Assembly: GCF_009914755.1 (NCBI RefSeq) | Contig: NC_060947.1 | DNA length: 64,000 nucleotides | Strand: one strand, 5' to 3' | From: the human T2T-CHM13v2.0 reference genome, Homo sapiens | Part shown: positions 28,625-51,300 of the stretch, one piece after another | How positions within the stretch are numbered: position 1 is the stretch's first letter | Layout: each line of letters begins with the position of its first letter | Made by a program: the position numbers and the translations under genes | The notes under the pieces: generated by a model | Told to the model about the DNA's origin: nothing | What the model saw: only the letters and a program-made list of their open reading frames with translations | Databases searched by the model: none

Positions 28625-29077
28625 ATGGATCCGGGGAATGAGAATTCAGCCACAGAGGCTGCCGCGATCATAGACCTAGATCCCGACTTCGAACCCCAGA
28701 GCCGTCCCCGCTCCTGCACCTGGCCCCTTCCCCGACCAGAGATCGCTAACCAGCCGTCCGAGCCGCCCGAGGTGGAGCCAGATCTGGGGGAAAAGGTACA
28801 CACGGAGGGGCGCTCAGAGCCGATCCTGTTGCCCTCTCGGCTCCCAGAGCCGGCCGGGGGCCCCCAGCCCGGAATCCTGGGGGCTGTAACAGGTCCTCGG
28901 AAGGGAGGCTCCCGCCGGAATGCCTGGGGAAATCAGTCATATGCAGAACTCATCAGCCAGGCCATTGAAAGCGCCCCGGAGAAGCGACTGACACTTGCCC
29001 AGATCTACGAGTGGATGGTCCGTACTGTACCCTACTTCAAGGACAAGGGTGACAGCAACAGCTCAGCAGGATGGAAG
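28625..29077 (+). CDS. FOXO4: Forkhead box O4, coding exon 1
   Basis: [38 protein letters not shown] (AKT site) ... SSAGWK, then a GTAATT donor; 453 nt. The three exons total 1518 nt = 505 aa. Confidence 0.97.
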
Positions 29078-30600
29078 GTAATTATGACCCTCTTACCTTC
29101 TTCCCAACACCATCTACCCCCTGGACCCCCTAGCCTCCCTTACTTCTACTCTGGGGCCCCTTTTACTACCTCCCACCCCCACCCCCTTTGGGAAGCCCAG
29201 AGATCCACCTTCAATCTCCAGTTAGACAAACATTTACTTAGTACATAGTATATGCCACACTCGGTGCTTGATGCTGAAGGATCACAGATGAATAAGACAC
29301 TGTCCCTGCCCTGGAGAAAATTGAATTCTCTGCTCACTGCTCAACATTCGCAGCACTTTGGCTTGGGCTGCCCCAAACACTTATTCCCACAGAGAAGTCT
29401 TTATCCTATGTACAGCAGGAACTGTGTGGATTCCCCACATGAACCTACCCTTCCCTCCTCCCCCACCTCCCACCCCAACACCTTTTCTCCCATTCCTGTG
29501 GGATTACTTGGATTCCCTGCTTGCCTCCCAGTACCTCAGTGTAGTGGTACTGTTCTAGCACTGCTCTACCCAGGAGGAGGGAGTGCAGTGGCAAAGGGTA
29601 AAAACAATAATATTCATGGGGAAAGGTAGCTGATCTCATGCACTAAGAAGAAAAAGGGCTGTGAGCTGCCACTTGGCTCAGCTTACCCTGTGCTGCCAAG
29701 AAACTCTCCCTTGTAAGGGGCTATCCAAGTTTTGGGGGGAAGTCATCCTTTACTGTTAAGGAATATTAGTCATGAAGAAGGAGGTAGGGCTCTGACTTTA
29801 GAGCACAAAGTTGGGAGTTCTCTTGGCCTTCTGTGAAGAAACTGTGAGAGAATATCTCAAAGGATACTCTGAAAAACTTGTCCTGAGAAAATATGGGGCT
29901 GTAATCACAAAATTGGGGAGCCTCAAGCCCTATTGCTGGCTTGTACCTCTCTAGGTGGTGAGGTCAGCATATAACCAAGTACAGAAGGTTGGATGAGCAG
30001 AGGAACTTCCCCTAGGTATAGGAGACTGAGGGATCAGATCTGTGCTATCCCTAGGGGCTGGGCAGAACAGAAGATAGGACAGCTGACTGAGACCCTTGGC
30101 ACTATTTCTGGGTAGACTGCCACGCCACAGTCTCAGCTCATAAAAAGCTCCCCTCCTTGGACCCAGCCTACACAGCTGTTTTTCTTTTCCCTTAGGTTCA
30201 TTTTCCAGGGTGGAGGAAATAACAAGTTGTTAGTTATATTGTGGGAGTATAGTCCGTCCTTATAATCTACACTTCTGTGGGGCTTTAGAGTTTACAAAGT
30301 AGTTTTTAAAGTTTTTATTTTATTAATCTTTACAGCAATTCTGAGATTCCACATTTTACACATTAGGAAACTAGGTACCAAAAGGTTAGGAAATTCACCT
30401 AATAACAGCAGGGTGAGGACTTGAACTCAGGTCTAACTATAAATCATATTCTCTAAAAAGAGCCTGGCTTGCTCTAATTGGAATGAGGGCAAAGTCAAAT
30501 CAGGCTGAGCCTGGGACTTCAAGGCCCCCCCACCCCTCTCTGAGGGGAAGTCTCATGCCTGAACTGGCCTCCCTGATGATATGCCAAGGTTACTCCCACC

Positions 30601-30616
30601 CCACCAGGGGGCGGCA
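30601..30616 (+). promoter_or_regulatory. Strong CTCF-type motif in FOXO4 intron 1
   Basis: CCACCAGGGGGCGGCA matches the CCASYAGRKGGCR core. Confidence 0.6.
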
Positions 30617-32779
30617 CTCACTTAGAACAAGAAAGTTTAGATTAGGTGGCTTAGGGAGCAATTAGCAGTCACCCCCACCACCCTGCCCTCCAACATGTAA
30701 GAGTTATGGGCTTTTGGGAAACTGACCTCTCCAATTAAGAGTCTGTGTACCACTTGCTAGTTCCAAGGCCTAAAGAAGAGGAGACAAACGGGCCTTGTGG
30801 CTATTAAGTAGTAGGGAAAGGAATGGATCTTCTCAAGTAGATCCAGAATTAGAGGATAAAAAGAGGAGAAATCATAGTGCCAGGTCATGGTCATTGTGGT
30901 CCTTAGTTACTATGAGGTGAGGCCGGATGGACAAGTGCCACTCCTTGAAGGAACATCAGCACAGTTGAAATGCCATTACCTCAGGGTCCCAGGAACACAA
31001 GGAGTTCTTTGGCTAAAGAACCCTGGAACAAGAAGCATCATTCCCCAGGCAAAGGTGCTCCTTATCTTAAGAGCACCAGTCAGAGAAACAAGTAGTTTCT
31101 GACCGTCCCATGTACTCAGCCTCCTAGTTGCTCTAAGCACTTCTGGGCTCCTCCTGAATTTCTAAACTAAAGACCTCCAAGTGGGAGGTCAAATGCCCCC
31201 AAGGTTGAAGAGTTTATGCACAAATTCCTGAGAAATGGGGGAAAGGCACTGGGAAGGAGGTAGGGAAAAGAAGGCAGGTTTCGGGAAGGGGGGTGGCCAG
31301 GGGAGGGCCAAACCCCTTGTGTAACTAGCCTGCCCCGCGGCAATCAGTAAATATAAGCTGCACTGGGGGCTGAAGAAGCTGCCAATCTCAGCTCCCTGGG
31401 CCACTGGAAAGCATCGTTTCCCTAGTAGAATGTCACCAGTGAGGGAGGAAGGGAAAACATACAGCTTCCAATACCCAAGGCACTGAAGAGCTGGCAGAGC
31501 CTCAAGGGGAGCCTCACCATTGTCAACCCAGGGGCAACCCACCAATCAGGTACAAATATTGATTATGTACTGTGAGCTTGAGTAGGTATAGAATATGTGC
31601 TGTGAGCTTGGTGCTCTGGGAGGGCTTTGATGGGGGATGTGGGACTGGAGGACATTACACTTGGCACTTACACTCGATGAGACGAATTACATGAAACCAT
31701 AAGCCACACAATATAAATTGGGTGAAATTGTGTGGCGCAGATTTTAAAAATACTATACTAGAAATTTGGCTGCCAAAGTCAAGCAGCCGCTTTATAAAAG
31801 AGGTGGAACTGAAGCTTGGTCTTGACGGAACTAGTAAAACTTAGAGAGGGGAGATCCCTCCTCGGAAAAGAGGGGAGGGGAAGATTGCACCTCACGCATT
31901 TGAGGCACAGCAGGAAGCCTGAACCTGAACTGAATGTAGTTGAGGATGTGTGTTGTGGATTGGAAGAAATAAGGCTGGGATTCAGGGAGGGGGGAAAAAG
32001 GAATCTTTAAATTCTATAGAGAGCTGGGTGGCCCAAATGCTCTGTGGGGAATGGAGCACCTGCTGTGCTGAGATTCCAGCCCTTCAGCCTATTCAGAGAA
32101 CTGGCTCTGGGCAGGGCGGGTCCATCCTGGGCTGGTGCTGTACCACTGTCCCGTAAACTCTACCCAAACCTGCACTCAAGGAAAGGGGTGCAATGCTCTT
32201 TCCCACCTGAACCTAGTTCTTGCTGGGCAAGGAGCACGTCTCCCCAGTGCCCACCAGCCCCAGGTACCGCTCCCCCCACCCCCCGCAAAACACACACGAA
32301 GCCCTGGGAAGAGCAGAGTACCAGGAGCTTTTCCAGGGTGGGCACCCCCCGTGCTCTCTGCAGTGGATTATTACACGTTATCTCCCACCCGCTGTACAGA
32401 GAAGTCTGGAGCAGAGGCTGAGCAGCTTGTCTGGGAGCGGGAAATGTGTGTGGTCTCCCCTCACACCCCACCCCCACCCCTACTTCTACCAGTTTTCCCC
32501 CCTGGATTCAACTTTCTTTGAGTCTCCAGGAATACCCCTGCTGTGTTCCAGCACCCTTTTATCTTTTATCTTTTTCTCTTTTTTTGTAAATTATTTAAAG
32601 TTTTTCTTAAACTTTAATGACCTGGGAAATGAAGCCCCGAAATGAACCCTGCTGCGGTGGTGGCACCAAATCCTAAACCCTAGATCATCAGGGTCCAGCA
32701 TCCTCTTAGACTTGACCGCTGGCCACTGACCTCCCCTACAGTACCTCACGCCCCTTTCCTGCCATCTCTGCCCCTCCAG

Positions 32780-33836
32780 AACTCGATCCGCCACAACCTG
32801 TCCCTGCACAGCAAGTTCATCAAGGTTCACAACGAGGCCACCGGCAAAAGCTCTTGGTGGATGCTGAACCCTGAGGGAGGCAAGAGCGGCAAAGCCCCCC
32901 GCCGCCGGGCCGCCTCCATGGATAGCAGCAGCAAGCTGCTCCGGGGCCGCAGTAAAGCCCCCAAGAAGAAACCATCTGTGCTGCCAGCTCCACCCGAAGG
33001 TGCCACTCCAACGAGCCCTGTCGGCCACTTTGCCAAGTGGTCAGGCAGCCCTTGCTCTCGAAACCGTGAAGAAGCCGATATGTGGACCACCTTCCGTCCA
33101 CGAAGCAGTTCAAATGCCAGCAGTGTCAGCACCCGGCTGTCCCCCTTGAGGCCAGAGTCTGAGGTGCTGGCGGAGGAAATACCAGCTTCAGTCAGCAGTT
33201 ATGCAGGGGGTGTCCCTCCCACCCTCAATGAAGGTCTAGAGCTGTTAGATGGGCTCAATCTCACCTCTTCCCATTCCCTGCTATCTCGGAGTGGTCTCTC
33301 TGGCTTCTCTTTGCAGCATCCTGGGGTTACCGGCCCCTTACACACCTACAGCAGCTCCCTTTTCAGCCCAGCAGAGGGGCCCCTGTCAGCAGGAGAAGGG
33401 TGCTTCTCCAGCTCCCAGGCTCTGGAGGCCCTGCTCACCTCTGATACGCCACCACCCCCTGCTGACGTCCTCATGACCCAGGTAGATCCCATTCTGTCCC
33501 AGGCTCCGACTCTTCTGTTGCTGGGGGGGCTTCCTTCCTCCAGTAAGCTGGCCACGGGCGTCGGCCTGTGTCCCAAGCCCCTAGAGGCTCCAGGCCCCAG
33601 CAGTCTGGTTCCCACCCTTTCTATGATAGCACCACCTCCAGTCATGGCAAGTGCCCCCATCCCCAAGGCTCTGGGGACTCCTGTGCTCACACCCCCTACT
33701 GAAGCTGCAAGCCAAGACAGAATGCCTCAGGATCTAGATCTTGATATGTATATGGAGAACCTGGAGTGTGACATGGATAACATCATCAGTGACCTCATGG
33801 ATGAGGGCGAGGGACTGGACTTCAACTTTGAGCCAG
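32780..33836 (+). CDS. FOXO4: FOXO4 coding exon 2
   Basis: ccag|AAC TCG ATC (NSIRHNLSLHSKF...) to DFNFEP G|gtac; 1057 nt; contains the RRRAASM and RPRSSSN AKT motifs. Confidence 0.97.
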
Positions 33837-34172
33837 GTACAGTACCCCCTAATCACCACAGCACCTCATAGCCTATGACCACTCCTAGGTGCCCAGCTAG
33901 TCCCATGATCTGGGCGAAGGGGAGATTTAGGACAAGTGGTAGCCAGAGCTCCTGGGGAACTGGAGGGAAGATGTCATATTACAGTAGCATAGTTTCCGGA
34001 TGGGACCTCCAGGCCCCTTAGCTGTGCCCAGCCCTGCAAGGTAGCACAGAAAAGGTATGTGTATGGAAGCGGGTTAGGTGCCACCATCTTCTTTGGTGGG
34101 AATCTGGATGATAGAATGTTGGCAAGCCCCAGGTAAGCCTCTTACCTTGTTCTCTGTTTCTTCTTCCCACAG

Positions 34173-34180
34173 ATCCCTGA
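34173..34180 (+). CDS. FOXO4: FOXO4 coding exon 3 (8 coding nt, then 3'UTR)
   Basis: Polypyrimidine tract + cag|AT CCC TGA completes ...EPDP*. Confidence 0.9.
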
Positions 34181-35593
34181 GTCATGCCTGGAAGCTTTGT
34201 CCCCTGCTTCAGATGTGGAGCCAGGCGTGTTCATATCTACTCTTTACCCTTGAGCCCTCCCCAGGAATTTGGGACCCTGCTTTAGAGCTAGGGTGGGGTC
34301 TGGTCACACACAGGTGTTGAAGAAATTATAAAGATAAAGCTGCCCCATCTGGGGACGATATGGGGAGGGAGATGGGAGGGGAAAGGGGAGAGGGTTTTTC
34401 TCACTGTGCCAATTAGGGGGTAAGGCCCCCTCTCAGGAGCCATCATCGGCTTTCCCCATTCCTACCCACTTAGGCTTTGTAGCAAGATGAGCAATGCTGT
34501 TGGAAATGTGAAGTCACCAGTGGCCTTACCCCTGCCTTTGGGAGCAGGATTTTTTTGTAGAGAGTCTTATCTGAGCTGAGCCAGGCTAGCTGGAGCCTGG
34601 GATTTCTATGCAGTGGCCCCTTAGGCCAGTGATATGCGGTGGGTGGGCTGTTTAGGGGATCTGGAAGGGCCAAGGTCTGAGCACTGGAGTGGCTCGCCAG
34701 GCCAAATCACCCTTAGAAGGCTGCAGATAACAGAAAGGCTTTTTATAAACTTTTAAAGAAATATAAACACAAATATAGAGATTTTTTAACCATGGCAGGG
34801 TGCTAGTGGTGGGCAGAATGCTTTTTTTTCTTTCTGAAGGCTTTGTGATAGTGACATGATACAAACACTACAGACAATAAATATTAGGAGACACAGGGAA
34901 GTGGGGAGAGGTGGGGAGTAATAGTAAACACAGGGAAGAGCTCCCCTACGGACCAGGTATAGAGAAAGGTCTATGCAGAAATAGGTTAGAGTTTCCCTAA
35001 CAAAAAAGCTAACCCAGGTCCCCTCATTCCTTCAACTTGTGCCTGGGAGTGTGTGGTGTTAGGGTGCAGCCACACTCTTCTATGACCCAGCATGGGTTAG
35101 TGCTATGGTGGGAGAGTACATTGAAGGCCTGGAATTAGCTTGGGGCCAGGGAAGGGACTGGGAGGGGAGAGAAGAGAAGGAGGGAAGGATTTAGGATGGT
35201 AAAGTTAGGTACAGAGACCTCCCTGTTCAAGGCCCCTGACAGCTGTCCCTGCCCTTCTTCCCCTTCCCTGACTGCAGGGGTTATGTGGAAGTGTGTGTGG
35301 CAGCAGGCAGCGGGGAGGGGAGGAACAGGGAAGGGGGAGCTGGGGAGCTTGGCTGAGGGTCTGGGAAATGAGCAGGGATGGGGGGGGATGTGGATCAGGT
35401 TTACTAGCACCTGCCAGGGAGGCCATCTGGGGCTCCTTCTCCACCCCAGCCCCCAAAGCAGCCCTTCCCCCAGTGCCCTTTGCATCGTCCCCTCCCCCAC
35501 CCCTGCTGTGGGTTCCCATCATTTCCTGTGTCAGCGCCTGGCCTACCCAGATTGTATCATGTGCTAGATTGGAGTGGGGAAGTGTGTCAAATC

Positions 35594-35616
35594 AATAAAT
35601 GAATAAATTCAATAAA
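35594..35616 (+). terminator. FOXO4 polyadenylation signals (three tandem AATAAA)
   Basis: AATAAA at 35594, 35602 and 35611; a proximal AATAAA also lies at 34876. Confidence 0.8.
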
Positions 35617-36057
35617 TGCCTATAACCAGCTCTGGTTTCTGCTGCCTTGCTTCTCCCCTTGGATAAGGGGGAGGGAGGGGAAAAGGCAAAGGGCGGGAGG
35701 AAGAAACTGCCCAAAGGCAGAGACATGGAGGAGGGTGGGGGAATTTCACCCCGGGGAGGTGGTGGAGTGTGGGGGTGGAGGGACACCTAACCCCTGCAGG
35801 AGTAGGCGGGCTGTGAGATAGGCCTCCCAAGGGGAGGTAGTCTGGTTTGAGAAGACCCCACCCCCTACTCCGTTCCTCAAAGGCTCATTGTACTAGACTT
35901 CACAGCCTTCCTCACCCCCACCCATGTGCTTGCCCCAGCCCTCTCCTGCCGCTCCCATCCACCCTCAGAGCCTCCTAGGTGCCTGGGGCGTATGTACTCA
36001 AGCCTTAGTGCAGATATTGGGAGAAGGAGTCTTTCTAGAAAAAGAAATCTCACGTTA

Positions 36058-36567
<510 letters not shown>

Positions 36568-36856
36568 TCATTGTTCAAACCATCAGCTGGAGCCCCACTT
36601 GGCCTAAGATGGAAATGATGGAATGGTGACAGGGAGATATACGGAGAAGATGGCCAAGAAATGGGGGAAGTGGGGAGTAACGCATGCACATTCCACCTGG
36701 TGTGAGCTAAACGTCCCTCCTAAAGTGGACCTGGACCCTGCCCGCCTTTTCCTAGGCTCCTATCATCTGACCTACCATATCACGCTAGTCCCACCCTACA
36801 TTCTCCATCACACAGCTATATACTGTACCCTTCATGTTCTTCCCTCCCCCATCTCA

Positions 36857-36952
<96 letters not shown>

Positions 36953-37026
36953 CTATCTCCAGCCCCTGTCATCCAGTCTCCACCCTTCAGAAGTCCAAGA
37001 TTCCAGGACCTAACACTAAAGACTAC

Positions 37027-38260
<1,234 letters not shown>

Positions 38261-38327
38261 CTAAGGAAAGAGAGTGGGAGCAAAAGGGGCCAGTGATCCT
38301 ATACAAAATGGGTTGGAGGAAGCTCTA

Positions 38328-38663
<336 letters not shown>

Positions 38664-38955
38664 TCACTCTTCACAAAGTGCCCTGATGAGTCATGCAGAA
38701 GGAGGGTGTTCTAGAGGCCTTGTGTGGGGCAAATAGGCCTATAGGGTTGGTGGACTAGAGAGGCAGATGGATTTCATAGGCTGAGGATGCCCAGGCTGGA
38801 CAGGCAGGAGAGAGCTGTTGATAGTTGTGGATAACCAGTATCCCCAGGGGTGGGGCCTGAGACTGCAGTTAAGGGATTATGAGGTCAGAAGTGGCAGGTG
38901 TGGCCAAAAAGTGGAGTAAGGGTAAGGAGAGAAAAACTTGGGTGGGGTATGTTAA

Positions 38956-39297
<342 letters not shown>

Positions 39298-39519
39298 CAT
39301 TGTAAGTCTAACTCTAAACTAAACCCTGGAATGAGTGCAGGGCACCTGGAAAAAAGTCAGTTTCCAGAACAGTACTCTTTCTAGCAAATTGGTAATACTC
39401 CTGCCTCCACAGCATGAATGTACTACTCCTTTTTCTTCCCCTCCCACCCTCATTGCATCCCAGGCTTCCCCTGCTCCCCACCCCCATGACAGACATTTTT
39501 GATGATTATCAACAGAAAC

Positions 39520-39525
39520 TTTATT
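39520..39525 (-). terminator. IL2RG polyadenylation signal
   Basis: AATAAA on the minus strand about 300 nt after the stop. Confidence 0.8.
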
Positions 39526-39827
39526 TCTCATCGGTTCAGGAACAATCGGAGGGTAGATGGAAAGAGGAAGGGAGGGAAAGAGGGAGGGAGGAAGAATCCT
39601 GCGAAAAGGAAGGGCCAGACTGAGGGAGAAGAAAAACATGTTCGGGGCAAAAGGGTAATTCTCAAGTGGGGAATGCCAAATGAAGGGGTGCTTACATGGG
39701 GGCACAAAATTCCAAATCAGCCACAGTGGGGTGAGGTGAGTATGAGACGCAGGTGGGTTGAATGAAGGAAAGTTAGTACCACTTAGGGCTACAGGACCCT
39801 GGGGTTCTTCTGTCAGAGGATTGGGGT

Positions 39828-40013
<186 letters not shown>

Positions 40014-40353
40014 CTAAAGACAGATATGTCCAGGTCAGGGGTCAATTAGGGGCAGGAAGTAAAAGACCGAGCTCTGTGCCAAAGGAGTACTCATGATGTC
40101 TGCAACCACTGTAATTGATTACAGAAGGGATACACAGGCTCCTGGGCCCCCAATACCAGTTGCCATCTGCCTCATTCAATCTATAATCTGCACTTCTGTG
40201 TGTGTCTCTCTCTGTATAGTCCATGCCCCATTTGGTCGGCCACATCCTGACAGTTAGTGCAGGGCCTCCTTCCCTCTCCTCTCTGCCCCCACCCCCACAC
40301 TCTGTCTGTCTTGCTGGCAGGCAGTTGGCAGTTGATAGACTGCAGCATGCTTA

Positions 40354-40485
<132 letters not shown>

Positions 40486-40690
40486 TTATCACCCTTCTCC
40501 CAGTTGTCCCATATGAAATAAAGTGATTCTGTGTTCTCTGTGCCTGTGGCTTCCTTCCATCACCAAACCCTCTTGGGTAATCTCTCATTACTTACTGTCT
40601 CATCCTTTACTCCTAAAGACCCTGCAAAACCCTCCTCTGCTATTGTCAGCTACCGTTCCCCTCATTTTTCTGGGCTTCTCCAAATCTCAC

Positions 40691-40787
40691 CGTTCCAGCC
40701 AGAAATACACACAGAGAAGGCTGATAATCAATCCCATGGAGCCAACAGAGATAACCACGGCTTCCAATGCAAACAGGAAAGGATTCT
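40691..40787 (-). CDS. IL2RG: IL2RG exon 6 (transmembrane)
   Basis: [32 protein letters not shown]; 97 nt. Confidence 0.97.
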
Positions 40788-41233
40788 CTATAGAAAAAAG
40801 AAAAGCAAAGTGGACCTTATATTTGTTGTGCCCCTACTACATGCCAGGCACTGGTGCCAGGCACCGCGCTAAAGACATACTCTCTGTTTAATCCTCACAA
40901 CAGCTCCTGTGAGGCAGGAACAATTACCTCCATCTTACATCTTAGGAAACAGAATCCAAGAGTTTAGGGATGTGGCCAAGGCCAAAGAGGTAGTATGTGG
41001 CACAGCCTAGATCCAGCTGGTTCCAAAGCCATCTTCACCTTGCAGGCTCTCTAGGAATGCTTCAGGGAAATCCTATACATTCTATAGCCCCCTTGAGTAC
41101 CCCTCAGCCTCCTTCTCAATCCACTCCCCTACTCTAACAACACGCTAACCCAACCCTACACAGAAAAACCTTGATTTCTAGAGGTTGGGGTTAGACAGTG
41201 TGGAGAGATGGGGCACCAAGTTTAGGGGCTTTA

Positions 41234-41626
<393 letters not shown>

Positions 41627-41744
41627 TCACTGACTTGAATCTAATGCCTCCCCTCTGGATCCCCTTAATGGCTTCCTTTTGTTTACTTGTCTATCTGGTA
41701 TCAGGAAGAGTATGGGTAGGGAATCCCTAATGAAAACTCACTGG

Positions 41745-42070
<326 letters not shown>

Positions 42071-42238
42071 AACTCACTGGAGAAAATAGGGGGGAAAGGA
42101 GTTGGAGGAGGGAGGGTAGGGGGTGAGCAGAGAAGCTGGGAGGCAGAGAACAGGAGCTTGATATTAGGTCCTTCTATCTGTCTGGTTGAATCCTTTAGCC
42201 CTACTTTCTTGGCCTTAGCTGCTACATTCACGTCCCTA

Positions 42239-42424
<186 letters not shown>

Positions 42425-42518
42425 CTAGACAAGTCAGGATCCTGAAGGTAGTGCCCCTAATACCTCCTCCCTTCCCATCATGATCCCCTACCTCCTCTTT
42501 TCTGCCCATGTACCCTTA

Positions 42519-42863
<345 letters not shown>

Positions 42864-42921
42864 TCAACCGACTTATGACTTACCCCAGGAGAAAACAGTG
42901 GGGTACCTGGGAGACTTGCTA

Positions 42922-43290
<369 letters not shown>

Positions 43291-43491
43291 CTAGGCAACA
43301 TAGTGAGACCCTGCCTCAAAAGAAAGAAAGAAACAAACAAACAAGAAAGAAAGAAAGAAGAAGTAGCGTGAGGCAGGGAACCCTCCCCCTTGCCCTTCCC
43401 ACTCCACTTTTCAATTCTGCCCACATGATTGTAATGGCCAGTGGCAGGCACCAGATCTCTGTACGGCCCCTTCCCACAGCCACCCTTCTCA

Positions 43492-43647
<156 letters not shown>

Positions 43648-43689
43648 TCATTCCCTGGGTGTAGTCTGTCTGTGTCAGGAACCTGGGTC

Positions 43690-43760
43690 CCTCACCCACT
43701 ACCCCTCCCCACCCACACGTTTCCTCTGTCATAGCTTCCGGTGGAAAGAACCTTATAAAC
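43690..43760 (-). promoter_or_regulatory. IL2RG proximal promoter (ETS site plus GT/CACCC boxes)
   Basis: ACCGGAAGC on the minus strand at 43734-43742 and CACCC boxes at about 43693-43714; the IL2RG promoter is known to be ETS-dependent. Confidence 0.75.
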
Positions 43761-45053
43761 CAGGGCTTTACAGAGGGTGTGGCAAATATGTGCTGTGTGA
43801 CACGGGCTAAGTCCTCTAGGAGATTAGGTGCTGCTGTAAGGTGGTAAACAGAAACTAAAGCTGGATATACAATAGTGTCACAGACTCAAAAATCCTCAGC
43901 CCACCTAGATCCTGGGAAGGATCTGTTCACTACCACTAGCACCATTCTCAACCACCTTCTCCTCTAAATCATTACCTTCTATAATGGAAGTTCTGAACCC
44001 CCACCCCCGACATCACCGTTCTATGCCATGCCTCTTCCTTGACTTGGTCACCCTTAAATCTCTGTCAAAGCTCTACTGTTTTGGGAGGATGGAAAATACC
44101 GTCTTGGCTCCTGTGGGCACATATACAGCTGTCTTTCCTCTGATCTAATCCAAACCAGAATACCCACCCTTAGCTGCTGCCTGAGCTGGGTCCCTGTTGA
44201 GACTGGCGAGGAAGTGTGACTTATAATACAAAAATATTCTAGAAATGGAGGAACAACAATACTAGCTTCAAGCTTCCCATCTTCCCCCAACTCTGCTTCT
44301 CTTCCTGCCTTCCCCACCTCAGTCAATGGTATCGTCACCCTCTCAGTCACCCAGACTTGAAACCTCAGAATCAGCTTCAATTTCTCCCCCTCTCTCACCC
44401 AGAGAATATAACCCACTCTGCTTCTGTGGTGTTTCTCCCAACGGTTTCCTCCTTTCCATTACCACAGCCACTCTGCTAAATCAGTCTTTCATTAGCTCTA
44501 GTCATGATTCTATCTAGACTCCATCAACTGGCCTCCCTTTCTAAAGGCCCTCTGCTCTCTAATCCATTCTTCATCCTGTTGCCAGTTTTACCTTCCCCGA
44601 AAACACAGAGGTGATTGGAGAAGCCACTTACAGAAACTATTTATTCAGCAAACATTTATTACGTTTTTAATATGTGCCAGGCACTGTGCTTATGTTCTGG
44701 AAATAGACCAACAAGACATCCTCATATTTCTAGACACTCACAGAAAAGTGGGGAAGACATAAACAAGTAATACAACATAGTGTAACAAGTCCTATAGCAT
44801 AAATGTAGAGATACTACAAAGTATGTGAGCACAGAAGAGGAAGTAACTAAATTTACCAAGATGGAGAGGGGGATAGTTTAGTGAAGGCTGTGCTGAAGAG
44901 GTGCTATTTCAGTGGCATCTTAAAGAATGAGTGTAATTTTACCAGACAGAAAGTGGTGTAGGATATTAAGCAAAGAAAAACAGCACTTGCCTGGGAGTCT
45001 CAGGAAAACTGGACTATATGGCCCAGCTTAGTATTTAGTATGTATCTTTAGTA

Positions 45054-45866
<813 letters not shown>

Positions 45867-46100
45867 GAGGGCATTCTCCAATTTAAAAGTCTTCAAAAGC
45901 TACTCATGGCCTTCAGAATAAAGCCCAAGCTCCAATGATCAATTCCAGCCACACTGGATATGTCATACGCATTTCCTTTCTCTGGAATTAGCCTCTTCCT
46001 AACTTTCTGTAGGCTAAAATCCTTCAGAAGGCAAAACCCCATCTCTACAAAAATACAAAAATTAGCCACGTTTGGTAGCACTCACCTGTAGTCCCAGCTA

Positions 46101-48580
<2,480 letters not shown>

Positions 48581-48595
48581 AAAAATATCCTTCAG

Positions 48596-49760
<1,165 letters not shown>

Positions 49761-49992
49761 CAAATAGCAATACGACAATAGGATATTGGCTCTGGAATTC
49801 AGAATCTTAGTGCCAGCTCTGTTACTCAGTAGCTGTATAATATTGGATAAGTGAATTTTCACACTTTGAAAACCAGCTTCCTCCATCCGCAAAATCGAGC
49901 CAATAATAATCCCTAACTCATGAGGCTGTGAGCAGATTAAAGGAGATAGTGTCTGAAAAGCATCTGACACAATAGGTGCCTCTTTAGCTAGA

Positions 49993-50185
49993 CCAAGGGT
50001 TCTTAACCTGGAGTTCATGGACCCTTAGGGGATACATGGATGAACTTCAGGGGATCTAAGAATCTAAAGCAACATTTTGCATGTCAATATATGCATATTA
50101 TTATTATTATTATTATTATTTCTGGGAAGAAGGTCCATAGCTTTCATCAGCACCTTTAAGGGTTTGTGAATCAAAAACGTTAGTA
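49993..50185. mobile_element. hAT-Charlie-type MITE
   Basis: ccaagggttcttaacctggagttcatggac ... gtccatagctttcatcag...; family uncertain. Confidence 0.5.
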
Positions 50186-50499
50186 TGCGGTACCCTTGGG
50201 CAGAAAAACAAACAAGAAAAGGTTAGACAACTCGATGGTAGACCTTGAGGGATTAGAGCCAGCCTTTCAGGGTTTAATAGGTTCTTTCTCATGCATACAT
50301 AGTTTCTAATGTTCACAATAGCCCCTTGAAGGAGGTGTTAGCGCACCTATTTTTCAGATGCCGGAACTAAGAAACGAACTGATCTGTAATAGACGGAGTT
50401 CCTAACCAATGCAAATATTATTGAAGACTTTTCTAGGCCAAAACCGAGCTAGGCTATGGGAACCGAAGTCCAGTCAGAACTCAGCACCACAGAGGCCTC

Positions 50500-51300
<801 letters not shown>

